Shown here in pieces: positions 21,392-31,105 of a DNA stretch of 64,000 bases (positions within the stretch are counted from its first letter, which is position 1; each line of letters begins with the position of its first letter). The notes under the pieces were generated by a model. That model worked only from the letters and a program-made list of their open reading frames with translations. It did no database searches and was not told where the DNA came from. This DNA comes from a bacterium BMS3Abin11. Its GTDB lineage: Bacteria; Pseudomonadota; Gammaproteobacteria; BMS3Bbin11. The stretch covers positions 76,436 to 140,435 of the forward strand of contig BDTD01000011.1 in NCBI GenBank assembly GCA_002897635.1. Direction: 5' to 3'. The translations under genes were made by a program, and so were the position numbers.

Positions 21392-21952
21392 ATGAGCATG
21401 ACACCTGCAGCATTCAGAGAGCAATTCCCCGGGATTGCCGGGCACTGTGATCCTGGTGGACTGGAAGACCTGCTGGCCGCGATGGAAACGCGAAATGTCC
21501 ATGCCGGAGATGCCGTGACAACTGATGGTGAATATTGCGATTCACTTTTTCTTGTTATTGACGGAAAGCTTGTTTCCCAGATTACCAGTGAGAAAGAAAC
21601 CATTCGTCTTGGTGTACATAAAAAAGGGGACTGCTTTGGTGAAGTTAATATTCTTGATCCCGGACCGTCTACAAGTTCTGTAATCGCCACTGGTGACTGT
21701 GCACTCCTTGTTCTGACCCATGATGCTTTCCACAAGCTGGACAGACTGCACCCGCAGATGACAGGGAATATTTTACGCATGCTATCCTCAACCATGATTG
21801 AGCGTTGTCGCGTTGCTGACAAATTACTGTTCAGCAAATACGCCTATATAGAGGGGATTAAAGACAATGATTCCAGAAAACACCATGGACTCATTGATTG
21901 GGGACGCGATCTTTTACAAAAACTGCATGGCCACAAAAAGATACAGCTATGA
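21392..21952 (+). CDS. Cyclic nucleotide-binding domain protein
   Basis: GDCFGEVNILDPGPST cassette; no HTH. Confidence 0.8.
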   Translation: MSMTPAAFREQFPGIAGHCDPGGLEDLLAAMETRNVHAGDAVTTDGEYCDSLFLVIDGKLVSQITSEKETIRLGVHKKGDCFGEVNILDPGPSTSSVIATGDCALLVLTHDAFHKLDRLHPQMTGNILRMLSSTMIERCRVADKLLFSKYAYIEGIKDNDSRKHHGLIDWGRDLLQKLHGHKKIQL

Positions 21953-22419
21953 ATATTGATGAATATCTTCAATCTGTTCCTTTATTTAGCGAAATGACCA
22001 ATGATGAGCTGAAAATATTAGGCCAATCGATGGTGGTTAAAGACTATCCCGATAAATATCTGTTTATATCTGAAGAAGGTAGTGCTGATACCTTCTATGT
22101 AATTCTCGAGGGTGAAATTGAAATCACTCACGAAAAAGATACAGAGCGTGGACTGCAACGTGTTTCAACATTGGGAGCGGGTAGTATGATAGGCCTGCAT
22201 AGTTTGATAGCCCACCATCGCCCTATTGTGTCCTGTCATGCCAAAGGAAAAGTAAAAGCCGCCTTTTTACCGAGTTCGGCATTTAATTTGCTTTTTCAAT
22301 ACAATACCCGCCTGCCGCATCATTTTCAGATGATTGTTGCCAAACAACTGGCAGCCAACTACCGTAATATAGTAAATGAACTGAAAGAAATGATGCTTAC
22401 AGATGATGCTGCCGAGTAG
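21949..22419 (+). CDS. Cyclic nucleotide-binding domain protein
   Basis: LQSVPLFSEM, FYVILEGEI; ATGA overlap with the previous gene. Confidence 0.8.
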   Translation: MNIDEYLQSVPLFSEMTNDELKILGQSMVVKDYPDKYLFISEEGSADTFYVILEGEIEITHEKDTERGLQRVSTLGAGSMIGLHSLIAHHRPIVSCHAKGKVKAAFLPSSAFNLLFQYNTRLPHHFQMIVAKQLAANYRNIVNELKEMMLTDDAAE

Positions 22420-22464
22420 AGATTTGTAACTGGTTTTCATCTCCTTATGGGTATTCTTGCCGCC

Positions 22465-22498
22465 AAAAAAAAGCCCCATAAACTCATGGGGCTTTTTC
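22465..22498. terminator. Bidirectional intrinsic terminator
   Basis: AAAAAAAGCCCCAT...ATGGGGCTTTTT. Confidence 0.75.
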
Positions 22499-22520
22499 GT
22501 ACTTCGAGTGAACTAAGTGT

Positions 22521-22721
22521 TCAGGTCTGTACGTTTACTGCTGTTGGGCCTTTTGCTCCATCTTCAACGTCGAAGGTAACTTCCTGACCTTCTGCGAGTG
22601 TACGGAAGCCATCGCTAGCGATAGCAGAAAAATGGACGAAAACGTCCTTAGTGCCATCTGATGGAGTGATAAAGCCGAAGCCTTTGGATTCGTTAAACCA
22701 TTTAACGGTTCCTGTTGCCAT
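22521..22721 (-). CDS. Cold-shock protein (CspA family)
   Basis: [15 protein letters not shown] and DVFVHFSAI motifs. Confidence 0.95.
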   Translation of the reverse strand: MATGTVKWFNESKGFGFITPSDGTKDVFVHFSAIASDGFRTLAEGQEVTFDVEDGAKGPTAVNVQT

Positions 22722-22957
22722 GATAAATACCTCAATAAATAAAAAAATATAGTGTGTTACAAGATCTTACGAGGTAATCAACAGGAGAGTTTGGATCGTA
22801 CTTCTGACAAAAACCAGGGAGAGTATGTAGCGTGCGCGAGTATACCCTGTTTTTTATAAAGAAAAAAAGACTAAATTCAGATAAAAGATGAAAAATCATT
22901 AAAGATTCCCTTCTGCTAATGCTCTTGTATCCTTAGTCCTTTGTCCTTAGTCTTCTT

Positions 22958-23355
22958 TCAAGCCTTTTCCCCAATGGTGTGAATAACTTCTACATTGAAG
23001 TAGATGCCTTCTTCATCAGCCAGTTCATTGACCTCATCCAGGCCCGTGCCGGTTGCGATATCGAGAATATTTTCATCACCAATAAACTACCCCGCAGCAA
23101 GCTGACGGGGTATTAAATGTAGGTGCGAATTCATTCGCACAGCGATGCCAATGTTTATGCACATTGTGCGAATGAATTCGCACCTACAGTTTTCGTGGCA
23201 AGCCACGGGGAATTATGCCCATAGGGATTTAAATTAAGCAAAGCAGGCAGATGAGAGGCTGCGTTCTCAAAGAATCGCAACGAACCCGTGCCATATTGTT
23301 CGCACACTGTGTTAAACACCTGGCGAATAAATTCTTTACGGTTTTTGTCTTCCAT
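22958..23355 (-). pseudogene. SAM methyltransferase pseudogene, interrupted and internally deleted
   Basis: Removing 23081-23229 restores LNLGDENILDIATGTG in frame, then the sequence jumps to a C-terminus. Confidence 0.75.
23081..23229 (-). mobile_element. Non-autonomous IS200/IS605-like element carrying a REP doublet, copy 2
   Basis: Same sequence as 6346-6494; no clear target duplication. Confidence 0.75.
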
Positions 23356-23424
23356 GGTGATTCTTTCTTCTGGTGAGTAATTATTATACGCAATTATTTT
23401 GGCCCCTTTGTAGAAGCGCCGTTC

Positions 23425-24069
23425 CTACATTTTCACATACACCTGCGTCAACCAGATCAAATTGGTGTTCTGGTATGCCTTGTCGAAACCCGCTTCAGTA
23501 ACCCACTTCTCAATCAGTTCCGGGTTATGCACATAAGAGCGAAAATCAGAACGTGCGATTTTCAGTATCAGGGCCATAAGTTCCATCACCACCCGGATAT
23601 ACCAGCGGTTTCTCGGGTAGGTCAGGGCATAAACACGGCGCGTTTTGTTTAACGAGGCATGCACCAGGCCAACAGCATCGGGATAACAGCAAACCACCTT
23701 ATCAAGTATGGTGATATCAGCAGCAGGCAGTGACTCGTTGATTTCCATGAAGTCACCTTCGACATATTCCGTTCTGTCGGAAAGCTGGCGCTCTTCTGCC
23801 CAATGTCGCGCCTCTATGATCATCTTCGATGCCAGATCAACACCAATGGCCGATGATGCCCCTTGCTCCAGCAGGGTCTGGTGTAGATACCCTACGCCAC
23901 TACCAATCTCAAGAATTGTGGCATCCTGGTATCCAGCCTGTTCCAATCCCTCCATCAACTGCTTCTGTGATGACTCAAACCCCTTTTTTTCAAAACGCTT
24001 GCGATAGCGTCCTGCAAAAAAGGAGAAGAAACGGTTAGCTGAATTTGAATGCGGACAACAACAACTCAT
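23425..24069 (-). CDS. Class I SAM methyltransferase (BchM-like)
   Basis: ILEIGSGVG and LDKVVCCYPD motifs; MSCCC start. Confidence 0.8.
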   Translation of the reverse strand: MSCCCPHSNSANRFFSFFAGRYRKRFEKKGFESSQKQLMEGLEQAGYQDATILEIGSGVGYLHQTLLEQGASSAIGVDLASKMIIEARHWAEERQLSDRTEYVEGDFMEINESLPAADITILDKVVCCYPDAVGLVHASLNKTRRVYALTYPRNRWYIRVVMELMALILKIARSDFRSYVHNPELIEKWVTEAGFDKAYQNTNLIWLTQVYVKM

Positions 24070-24400
24070 AATTGATCAGAGGTTCCCTAGATTATTCTAT
24101 TGTTGATTATGGTACCAGATGAGACAGCGCCAATGTGAATGGGTTCATTACATGTTTGCTGTATAGTTTAAGAAAAATCTGATTAATTTTTAACTAGAGA
24201 GGTCGCAGGATTTCTTTTTTTGAGAACCAGCTCCTTTCATGTACCAGCGTGCAAACAAATCTTTCACGCTGGCTTTTACACTTTTTCATCCTCTGTGTTC
24301 TTCATATCCCCTGTGGTGAATATTTTTTTGTTTGATACGTTATAATGCGCCACCCTTTTGACGGGCTTCCGTCAATCATTCTCTTTAAGGAACCTCTCTC

Positions 24401-27283
24401 GTGTACGATTTTATTCCCGGGCAACGCTGCATCAGCAATGCTGAGCTGGAAATGGGACTGGGTACAGTAATGGCCGTTGACGAACGCACGGTCACTATCG
24501 TGTTTGTGGCCACTGGCGACACCCGTACTTACTCCCGTCAGACAGCACCATTGTCTCGTGTGGCGTTTACTATTGGTGATTTAATCCGCCGGCATGATGG
24601 ATCCAAAATAATGGTAACAACCACTCGCGAAGAACAGGGGCTGATTACCTATTGTGGAACTGATGAGGAAGGTAACAGCATCGAGCTGCCCGAGTCTGAA
24701 CTGGATAACTTTATTCAGCTCAATCGTCCGACTGAGCGCCTGTTTAATAACCAGATTGATCCTGATAAATGGTTTGAACTGCGCTATCTGACCCTGCAAC
24801 AGCAAAATCGCCTTGCCCACACCGATCTGTTTGGTCTAACCGGCTGTCGAACCAGCCTGATTCCACATCAGTTATACATTGCACATGAAGTCGCCAACCG
24901 CTATGCCCCGCGTGTACTGCTGGCCGATGAGGTGGGGCTGGGAAAAACCATCGAGGCGGGTTTGATCCTGCATCATCAGCTACTGACCGGGCGTGCCCAA
25001 CGTATATTGATCGTGGTACCGGAGTCGCTGGTGTATCAATGGCTGGTGGAGATGCTGCGTCGCTTCAATCTGCACTTCCGCATTTTCGATGAAGAACGCT
25101 GCTATGTGGCAACCGATGAGGAAATGCCGGAAAACCTGTTTCATAGTGAGCAGCTGGCCCTGTGCAGCGTCGAATTTCTGATGCAGAACCCGGACATACA
25201 TGAACAGGCCGTGGCAGGCGAATGGGATCTGCTGGTTGTTGATGAAGCCCATCACCTGGCCTGGTCACCGGATCATGCCAGCGATGAATACCTTATGATC
25301 GAACAGCTTGCCACCAGGACGCGCGGCGTGCTGCTATTGACGGCAACGCCCGAGCAACTGGGCAAAGAGAGTCATTTTGCCCGCCTGCGCCTGCTTGATC
25401 CGGATCGCTTTCCTGATTTTGAGCATTTTCTTGAAGAAGAAAAAAACTACAGGCCTCTGGCCCGGACTATTAAAGACCTGATCAATGACAAAGCATTAAC
25501 TGAGGCTGACCAGGAATTAATACACAGCACTTTCAACGAAGGCGATAACCAGTCGTTGCTTGCACAAATTGAAGCCGCTGGCAAAGAAGACCAGGCAGGT
25601 AGCAAGGCCCGCACTGAACTGGTCGAACACCTGCTCGACCGCCATGGCACCGGCCGTGTGCTGTACCGGAATACGCGCTCAGCGATAAAAGGCTTTCCGA
25701 AAAGGATCGTCCGTCCTGCGCCACTGCCACTGCCGGAAATCTATCGAAATAATGATCATGACGATGCTAATGATAACAATCATTTCGCAGCACGACTTTC
25801 ACCAGAACTGAGTCTTATTAACAGCAGCGGGAAACCGGACTGGACGCAGCAGGATCCTCGCATAGACTGGCTGATCAAGGTACTGGAAAAACTGCAACCT
25901 GCGAGAGTGATTATGATTGCTGCCAGCAGAGATACGGTACTTGATATAGCTCAATATCTGAAAAGGTATTCCGGACTCCATGCTGCCGTATTCCACGAAG
26001 GACTTAGCATCGTCGAGCGTGACCGGGCGGCGGCCTACTTTGCTGATGGGGAAGCCGGCAGCCAGGTACTGTTGTGCTCTGAGATCGGCAGCGAGGGCAG
26101 AAACTTCCAGTTCGCCCATCACCTGATACTGTTTGATCTGCCGCTAAACCCGGATCTGCTGGAACAACGTATAGGCCGGCTAGACCGCATCGGCCAGACC
26201 CGCACTATTTACATCCATGTCCCCTATCTACAGGACTCTGCACAATCAGTGATGTTCCACTGGTATCACGAAAGCCTCAATGCCTTTGAGCAGACCTGCC
26301 CGGCCGGCCATTCTGTTTTTGTTCAGGTAGAAGATGCGTTAATAAATGCCTTGCGTCACCCTGCTAGCGACACCACGGATTTAATAAATAATACAAAAAC
26401 CTTATACAGGGAACTGGCGGCTAACCTGCACGCAGGCCGTGACCGGCTACTTGAATACAATTCATGCCGCCAAAATCTGGCAGAAGAGTTAAAACAACGT
26501 GCCGAACAGGCAGACCAGAATGACCCGCTTGCAGGATACATGAGCCGGGTCTTCGACAGCCTGAACATAGATTCAGAAATTCATAGTGAAAACTGTCTGA
26601 TCATTCGCCCCACAGATGAGATGGTCAACCAGTTGCCCGGCCTGCCGGATGACGGCATGACCATCACATTTAACAGGCAGACTGCACTGAGTTTTGAGGA
26701 TGCACAATATCTAACCTGGGAGCACCCCCTGGTCCGTACGGCGATGGAGATGATCACCAGCAGCGAAATGGGCAACACCGCCATGACGGCCATCAACAAA
26801 ACGCACATTAAATCCGGCAGTACATTGCTGGAGTGTATCTACAGCCTGGAAGTGCCGCCAATAAGCAATTTGCAGAGCGATCGCTACCTGCCGCCAACCA
26901 GTATCCGGGTGCTGATTGACGAACAGGGTAGAGATCACCAGCAGGATCTGACGCATTCATTCATCGAGGAACACAGGGTACATGTGCCTGCAAAAATGGC
27001 TAACAAGATCATTCACGCTAAGGAAAAAACGTTACGTCATTTGTTTAGCAACTGTGAAGATGTTGCAAAAAAACAGACACCGGTAATTCTAAAACAGGCC
27101 CATACGCAATCCAGCGAAATACTGACAAAGGAGATTAATCGCCTCAGGGCTCTGCGTCAGATCAATCCGAATATCCGTGATGAAGAAATCGAGTTCTTTG
27201 AACAGCAACTGGCGGCTTTGAATGAGGTGCTGGATGCAGCTAGTTTAAGGCTGGATTCGTTAAGGGTACTTATTTCGATATAA
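24401..27283 (+). CDS. rapA: RNA polymerase-associated protein RapA
   Basis: LLADEVGLGKT, DEAH and LEQRIGRLDRIGQ motifs. Confidence 0.97.
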   Translation: MYDFIPGQRCISNAELEMGLGTVMAVDERTVTIVFVATGDTRTYSRQTAPLSRVAFTIGDLIRRHDGSKIMVTTTREEQGLITYCGTDEEGNSIELPESELDNFIQLNRPTERLFNNQIDPDKWFELRYLTLQQQNRLAHTDLFGLTGCRTSLIPHQLYIAHEVANRYAPRVLLADEVGLGKTIEAGLILHHQLLTGRAQRILIVVPESLVYQWLVEMLRRFNLHFRIFDEERCYVATDEEMPENLFHSEQLALCSVEFLMQNPDIHEQAVAGEWDLLVVDEAHHLAWSPDHASDEYLMIEQLATRTRGVLLLTATPEQLGKESHFARLRLLDPDRFPDFEHFLEEEKNYRPLARTIKDLINDKALTEADQELIHSTFNEGDNQSLLAQIEAAGKEDQAGSKARTELVEHLLDRHGTGRVLYRNTRSAIKGFPKRIVRPAPLPLPEIYRNNDHDDANDNNHFAARLSPELSLINSSGKPDWTQQDPRIDWLIKVLEKLQPARVIMIAASRDTVLDIAQYLKRYSGLHAAVFHEGLSIVERDRAAAYFADGEAGSQVLLCSEIGSEGRNFQFAHHLILFDLPLNPDLLEQRIGRLDRIGQTRTIYIHVPYLQDSAQSVMFHWYHESLNAFEQTCPAGHSVFVQVEDALINALRHPASDTTDLINNTKTLYRELAANLHAGRDRLLEYNSCRQNLAEELKQRAEQADQNDPLAGYMSRVFDSLNIDSEIHSENCLIIRPTDEMVNQLPGLPDDGMTITFNRQTALSFEDAQYLTWEHPLVRTAMEMITSSEMGNTAMTAINKTHIKSGSTLLECIYSLEVPPISNLQSDRYLPPTSIRVLIDEQGRDHQQDLTHSFIEEHRVHVPAKMANKIIHAKEKTLRHLFSNCEDVAKKQTPVILKQAHTQSSEILTKEINRLRALRQINPNIRDEEIEFFEQQLAALNEVLDAASLRLDSLRVLISI

Positions 27284-27314
27284 ATAATTCTTTTTATAAA
27301 CATTCATACTTCTG

Positions 27315-27372
27315 AAGGAGTGTCGCTCGGCGCGATTATACAAACTGGAAATGAATCGCACCGAGCGACGAA
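27315..27372. repeat. Degenerate REP doublet, family 2
   Basis: TCGCTCGGCGCGATT...AATCGCACCGAGCGA; like 33743-33818. Confidence 0.6.
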
Positions 27373-27416
27373 ATACAAACTTACAACAAACAACTAACGA
27401 CTATCGACTTATAAGT

Positions 27417-29303
27417 ATGCTTGTATTCAAAGACCTATCACTTCGACGCGGTAAAAAGACACTGCTTGAAGATACAAGCTTTTCACTCCCACCGGGGCAG
27501 AAGGTCGGCATTACCGGCTCTAATGGTGTAGGTAAATCAAGTTTGTTTTCTCTTATTCTGGGGGAGCTTGAGGCTGATACCGGGTCATTCAGCATGCCTC
27601 CTGACTGGGTTATCGCCCATGTTGCGCAGCATACTCCCGGCGGCAACAGCCCTGCGCTGGATTATGTCCTACGGGGTGATAAAGAATTTGTCGAGCTGCA
27701 GCAAAAAATTGACCATGTCACGGAAAATGGAGACGGTATGACCCTGGCGGAACTGCATTCACAGATGGACATTATCGACGGTTATACAGCGGAAAGCCGG
27801 GCTGCCACCCTGATGCACGGACTGGGTTTCAAAGCGGAAGAAATCAGGCTGCCAATAGAGTCATTTTCCGGTGGCTGGCGCATGCGCCTTAATCTTGCCC
27901 AGGCGCTGATGTGCCGCTCTGACCTGTTGCTGCTGGATGAACCGACCAATCATCTCGACCTGGATGCGGTGATCTGGCTGCAGACCTGGCTTAGTCGTTA
28001 TGCCGGCACACTGTTGCTGATCTCGCATGACCGTGAGTTTCTAGATTCGTTTATCACCCTGATCGCCAATATTGAACATCAGCGGATCACACTGTATACC
28101 GGTCATTACTCAGCATTTGAGAAAACGCGTGCCGAACAGCTGGCGCAGCAACAGGCTGCACATGTTAAACAGCAGAAAGAGATAGCCCACATTGAAAGTT
28201 TCGTGCGTCGCTTCGGTGCCAAAGCCAGTAAAGCGAAACAGGCACAAAGCCGGGTTAAAGCGCTGGAGCGCATGCAGCTTATCGCCGCTGCCCATGTTGA
28301 TTCACCGTTTCATTTCAGTTTCCGTGAACCGGAAAAGCTGCCCGAGCGTCTGTTCGACAGCCGCGAGGTTGAACTGGGCTATGATGACACGGCTCTGTTA
28401 AAAAATGTCGGTGTCCATCTACATGCTGGTGACCGTATTGGTTTAATCGGTCCGAATGGCGCTGGCAAATCCACCTTGATCAAATTTCTGGCCGGCGAGC
28501 TGAAATCACTGTCTGGCGAGAGTTGGCAGGCACAATACCTGAGAATTGGTTATTTCGCCCAGCACCAGCTGGAACAACTGGATGCCGAACAATCTGCTTT
28601 GCAACATCTACGGCTGCTGGACAAAAAAATGCGGGAATCAGACCTACGGGGGTATCTTGGCAATTTTGGCTTTATCGGTGATCGTGTAGAGGAACCCATA
28701 GCCCCCTTCTCCGGCGGCGAAAAGGCACGGCTGGTACTGGCATTGCTGATTTTCCAGAAACCCAATCTGCTACTGCTTGATGAGCCAACCAACCATCTTG
28801 ACCTGGAAATGCGTCACGCCCTGTCTATGGCCTTACAGGAATTTAGCGGCGCCATGGTTATCGTCTCGCATGACCGTCATTTACTAAAGTCTGTGACCGA
28901 CCAGCTAATACTCGTTGAGCACGGCAAAGTCGAGCCCTTTGATGGTGATCTCGATGACTATGCCAATCGCCTACAGGCCCCGTCAGAAAAAACCAGAGCT
29001 GGACCTGTTGTTGAAAATAGCCCGAGCAAAAAAGAAGCTCGCCGTCTTGAAGCCGATAAAAGGAAGAGGCTGCAGCCACTTAAAAAAAGTATTGATCGAC
29101 TGGAAAAAAAGATTGAAGAACATAATAAGCAATTAGAAACTATTGAGCAGCAGCTTACCGAACCCAAACTTTATAATGAAGAAAACGCAGAAAAAATAAC
29201 CTCTCTTTTACAGGACAAGGCTTATCTGGCGAAGGATATTTCAGAACTTGAAGAACAGTGGATGGAATCTGTGGATAAATATGAAATAGCGAGAAAGGCT
29301 TGA
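27417..29303 (+). CDS. ABC-F family ATPase (YheS-like)
   Basis: Two ABC domains with LLLDEPTNHLD; C-terminal coiled coil. Confidence 0.92.
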   Translation: MLVFKDLSLRRGKKTLLEDTSFSLPPGQKVGITGSNGVGKSSLFSLILGELEADTGSFSMPPDWVIAHVAQHTPGGNSPALDYVLRGDKEFVELQQKIDHVTENGDGMTLAELHSQMDIIDGYTAESRAATLMHGLGFKAEEIRLPIESFSGGWRMRLNLAQALMCRSDLLLLDEPTNHLDLDAVIWLQTWLSRYAGTLLLISHDREFLDSFITLIANIEHQRITLYTGHYSAFEKTRAEQLAQQQAAHVKQQKEIAHIESFVRRFGAKASKAKQAQSRVKALERMQLIAAAHVDSPFHFSFREPEKLPERLFDSREVELGYDDTALLKNVGVHLHAGDRIGLIGPNGAGKSTLIKFLAGELKSLSGESWQAQYLRIGYFAQHQLEQLDAEQSALQHLRLLDKKMRESDLRGYLGNFGFIGDRVEEPIAPFSGGEKARLVLALLIFQKPNLLLLDEPTNHLDLEMRHALSMALQEFSGAMVIVSHDRHLLKSVTDQLILVEHGKVEPFDGDLDDYANRLQAPSEKTRAGPVVENSPSKKEARRLEADKRKRLQPLKKSIDRLEKKIEEHNKQLETIEQQLTEPKLYNEENAEKITSLLQDKAYLAKDISELEEQWMESVDKYEIARKA

Positions 29304-29394
29304 GGAGGAAGGGAGAAGAGAGAAAGGAGAAAGTAATAAATGAAATATAAAAGAGAACCCGATTTCCCTTTTTGTCTCAGCTGGTGTATTTATA

Positions 29395-29799
29395 ATGAAA
29401 GAAAACCTGTGGGATTTTAGAGGAGGTGTTCTGGTGACTGATCAAAGGCATTTTTTTGCAGTTGAGAAACGAAGGAGGCGCCGATGGGAACTTGTTTTTT
29501 ACCTGCGCATATTCGACCAGGCGGATGGGTCGTTACTGGGCCATGTCGTCGATATCTCGGCAGATGGTCTGATGCTGCTCAGTGAATACCCGATTGGACT
29601 CAACAAAGACTTCGATCTGGGTCTTGAAATGCCAGGTTCAGGAACTAAAAAACGCATGAAGATTACTCTTAAAGCACATAGCATCTGGCAGTCTAACGAT
29701 GCCAACCCTGATTTAATCGATACCGGCTTTCAGCTAATCAATCCTGAAAAATCCTCTATTGATGCCATAACGAAGCTTATTCGGGAATTGCAGTTTTGA
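29395..29799 (+). CDS. PilZ domain protein
   Basis: EKRRRRR (RxxxR) and DISADG (DxSxxG); start uncertain. Confidence 0.8.
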   Translation: MKENLWDFRGGVLVTDQRHFFAVEKRRRRRWELVFYLRIFDQADGSLLGHVVDISADGLMLLSEYPIGLNKDFDLGLEMPGSGTKKRMKITLKAHSIWQSNDANPDLIDTGFQLINPEKSSIDAITKLIRELQF

Positions 29800-29860
29800 T
29801 AGAATAAAGGTTAAGGAAGAAAGGGGAAAGGCCAAAACCAGGATCAAAATCGGATTCAAA

Positions 29861-31015
29861 TCACTCCTCGGCCGGCAACAACGTCCAGTATGGGAGCCCA
29901 TCCTTTTTCAGCGTCTTCATGTTCGGCCGCATAGCAGCAGCTTCACCATCAGACAACAAACGACCTATATCAATCCTGACATTATCATTATAGATATGGT
30001 ACAGGTGCCCGGTCACTTCACGGCCACCAGATATGCTGACATCAATGGTATCCATGCCTTTCAGTACCAGCAGATTCTCACCGGCCTCACCCAGCCGGGG
30101 GGAACCATGTACTTCGCTAGATAAACGTAAAGGCTGGTCATTTTCAGATGAATAGAGACTGATACGATGAGCAATTTTTTTCAGATCAGGGAAAACTGAA
30201 CGGAAATAATCAGCATCAATATCCGGCGCCAGCAGCACCAGTTCATTAATCTTCTTGCTGTCATCCTCACGAGCTATCAGCTGAAGCACCCGGACGGTAC
30301 CCCTGGCTCCCAGGCTATGGGCAACAATATTCAGGCGTTTTGACCCGTAAATAGTCATCAACTTTCGAATTACAGTCTCAAGTGACTGCTGGCTCCATTC
30401 GATATCCGCTTCATCGCGCGTATAGCTTACCAACGCTCCATCCGAGGGCCAGCTGAACAACAGCAATCGGGAGTGCTCATCAAGTGTCTGCTGAAAAACA
30501 GCAGAGCGGCTGCAGCCCTGAACAAAATTAATGTTATAACCATGCACAAAGAGGACGACCTTGTTCGTCCCAGATGCTTCGGCAGCCTGTTCAAAGGCCT
30601 GCCAGAATTTTTCCTCAGGAAACTCTTTTATCGTCTCCACCGCTTTATTCATGTCATAGACATAAAAAGGCAGGTGCGAGGTAAGGCTCCGATATCCCGT
30701 TGGACTGATCTTTACTTCACATAGCCCGGTGTGGGGGCTGTCTCGCAGATCACCGTAGTAGTCGTCTACGGTTTGTTTACCGGTGTGATTACGCAGCGTG
30801 TAATAGAGGACCGTTTCGGTTGATGAATTTTTCGAGTTGAGGATTCGTGCTTCACTTTGCCCGCTGTCATCTGATCTTGCGACCTGTATGACAAACAATA
30901 CAAGAAGCACCAGAATAAAAAGCAGGCGTGGTGGACATAATAACGACTTCAAAGCTGTAATGAAATCATGCCAGGCTGAAAAAATTTCAGTGCGATGCTG
31001 GCTGTTATGATTCAT
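29861..31015 (-). CDS. Alpha/beta hydrolase (DUF900)
   Basis: FVHGYN, FSWPS, AHSLG and APDID motifs. Confidence 0.85.
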   Translation of the reverse strand: MNHNSQHRTEIFSAWHDFITALKSLLCPPRLLFILVLLVLFVIQVARSDDSGQSEARILNSKNSSTETVLYYTLRNHTGKQTVDDYYGDLRDSPHTGLCEVKISPTGYRSLTSHLPFYVYDMNKAVETIKEFPEEKFWQAFEQAAEASGTNKVVLFVHGYNINFVQGCSRSAVFQQTLDEHSRLLLFSWPSDGALVSYTRDEADIEWSQQSLETVIRKLMTIYGSKRLNIVAHSLGARGTVRVLQLIAREDDSKKINELVLLAPDIDADYFRSVFPDLKKIAHRISLYSSENDQPLRLSSEVHGSPRLGEAGENLLVLKGMDTIDVSISGGREVTGHLYHIYNDNVRIDIGRLLSDGEAAAMRPNMKTLKKDGLPYWTLLPAEE

Positions 31016-31020
31016 GATAT

Positions 31021-31090
31021 TGTAGGTCCGAATTCATTCGGGCAACGAGGCCAAACAAAACCTTTTTGTGCGAATGAATTCGCACCTACA
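31021..31090. repeat. GTAG-REP doublet, family 1
   Basis: GTAGGTCCGAATTCATTCGGGC...GTGCGAATGAATTCGCACCTAC. Confidence 0.8.
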
Positions 31091-31105
31091 GACCAATATT
31101 CCGGG

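Noticed and set aside
24385..24400. TTAAGGAACCTCT before rapA as an IS scar
   Set aside because: Only a partial match that doubles as the RBS; cannot be distinguished from chance.
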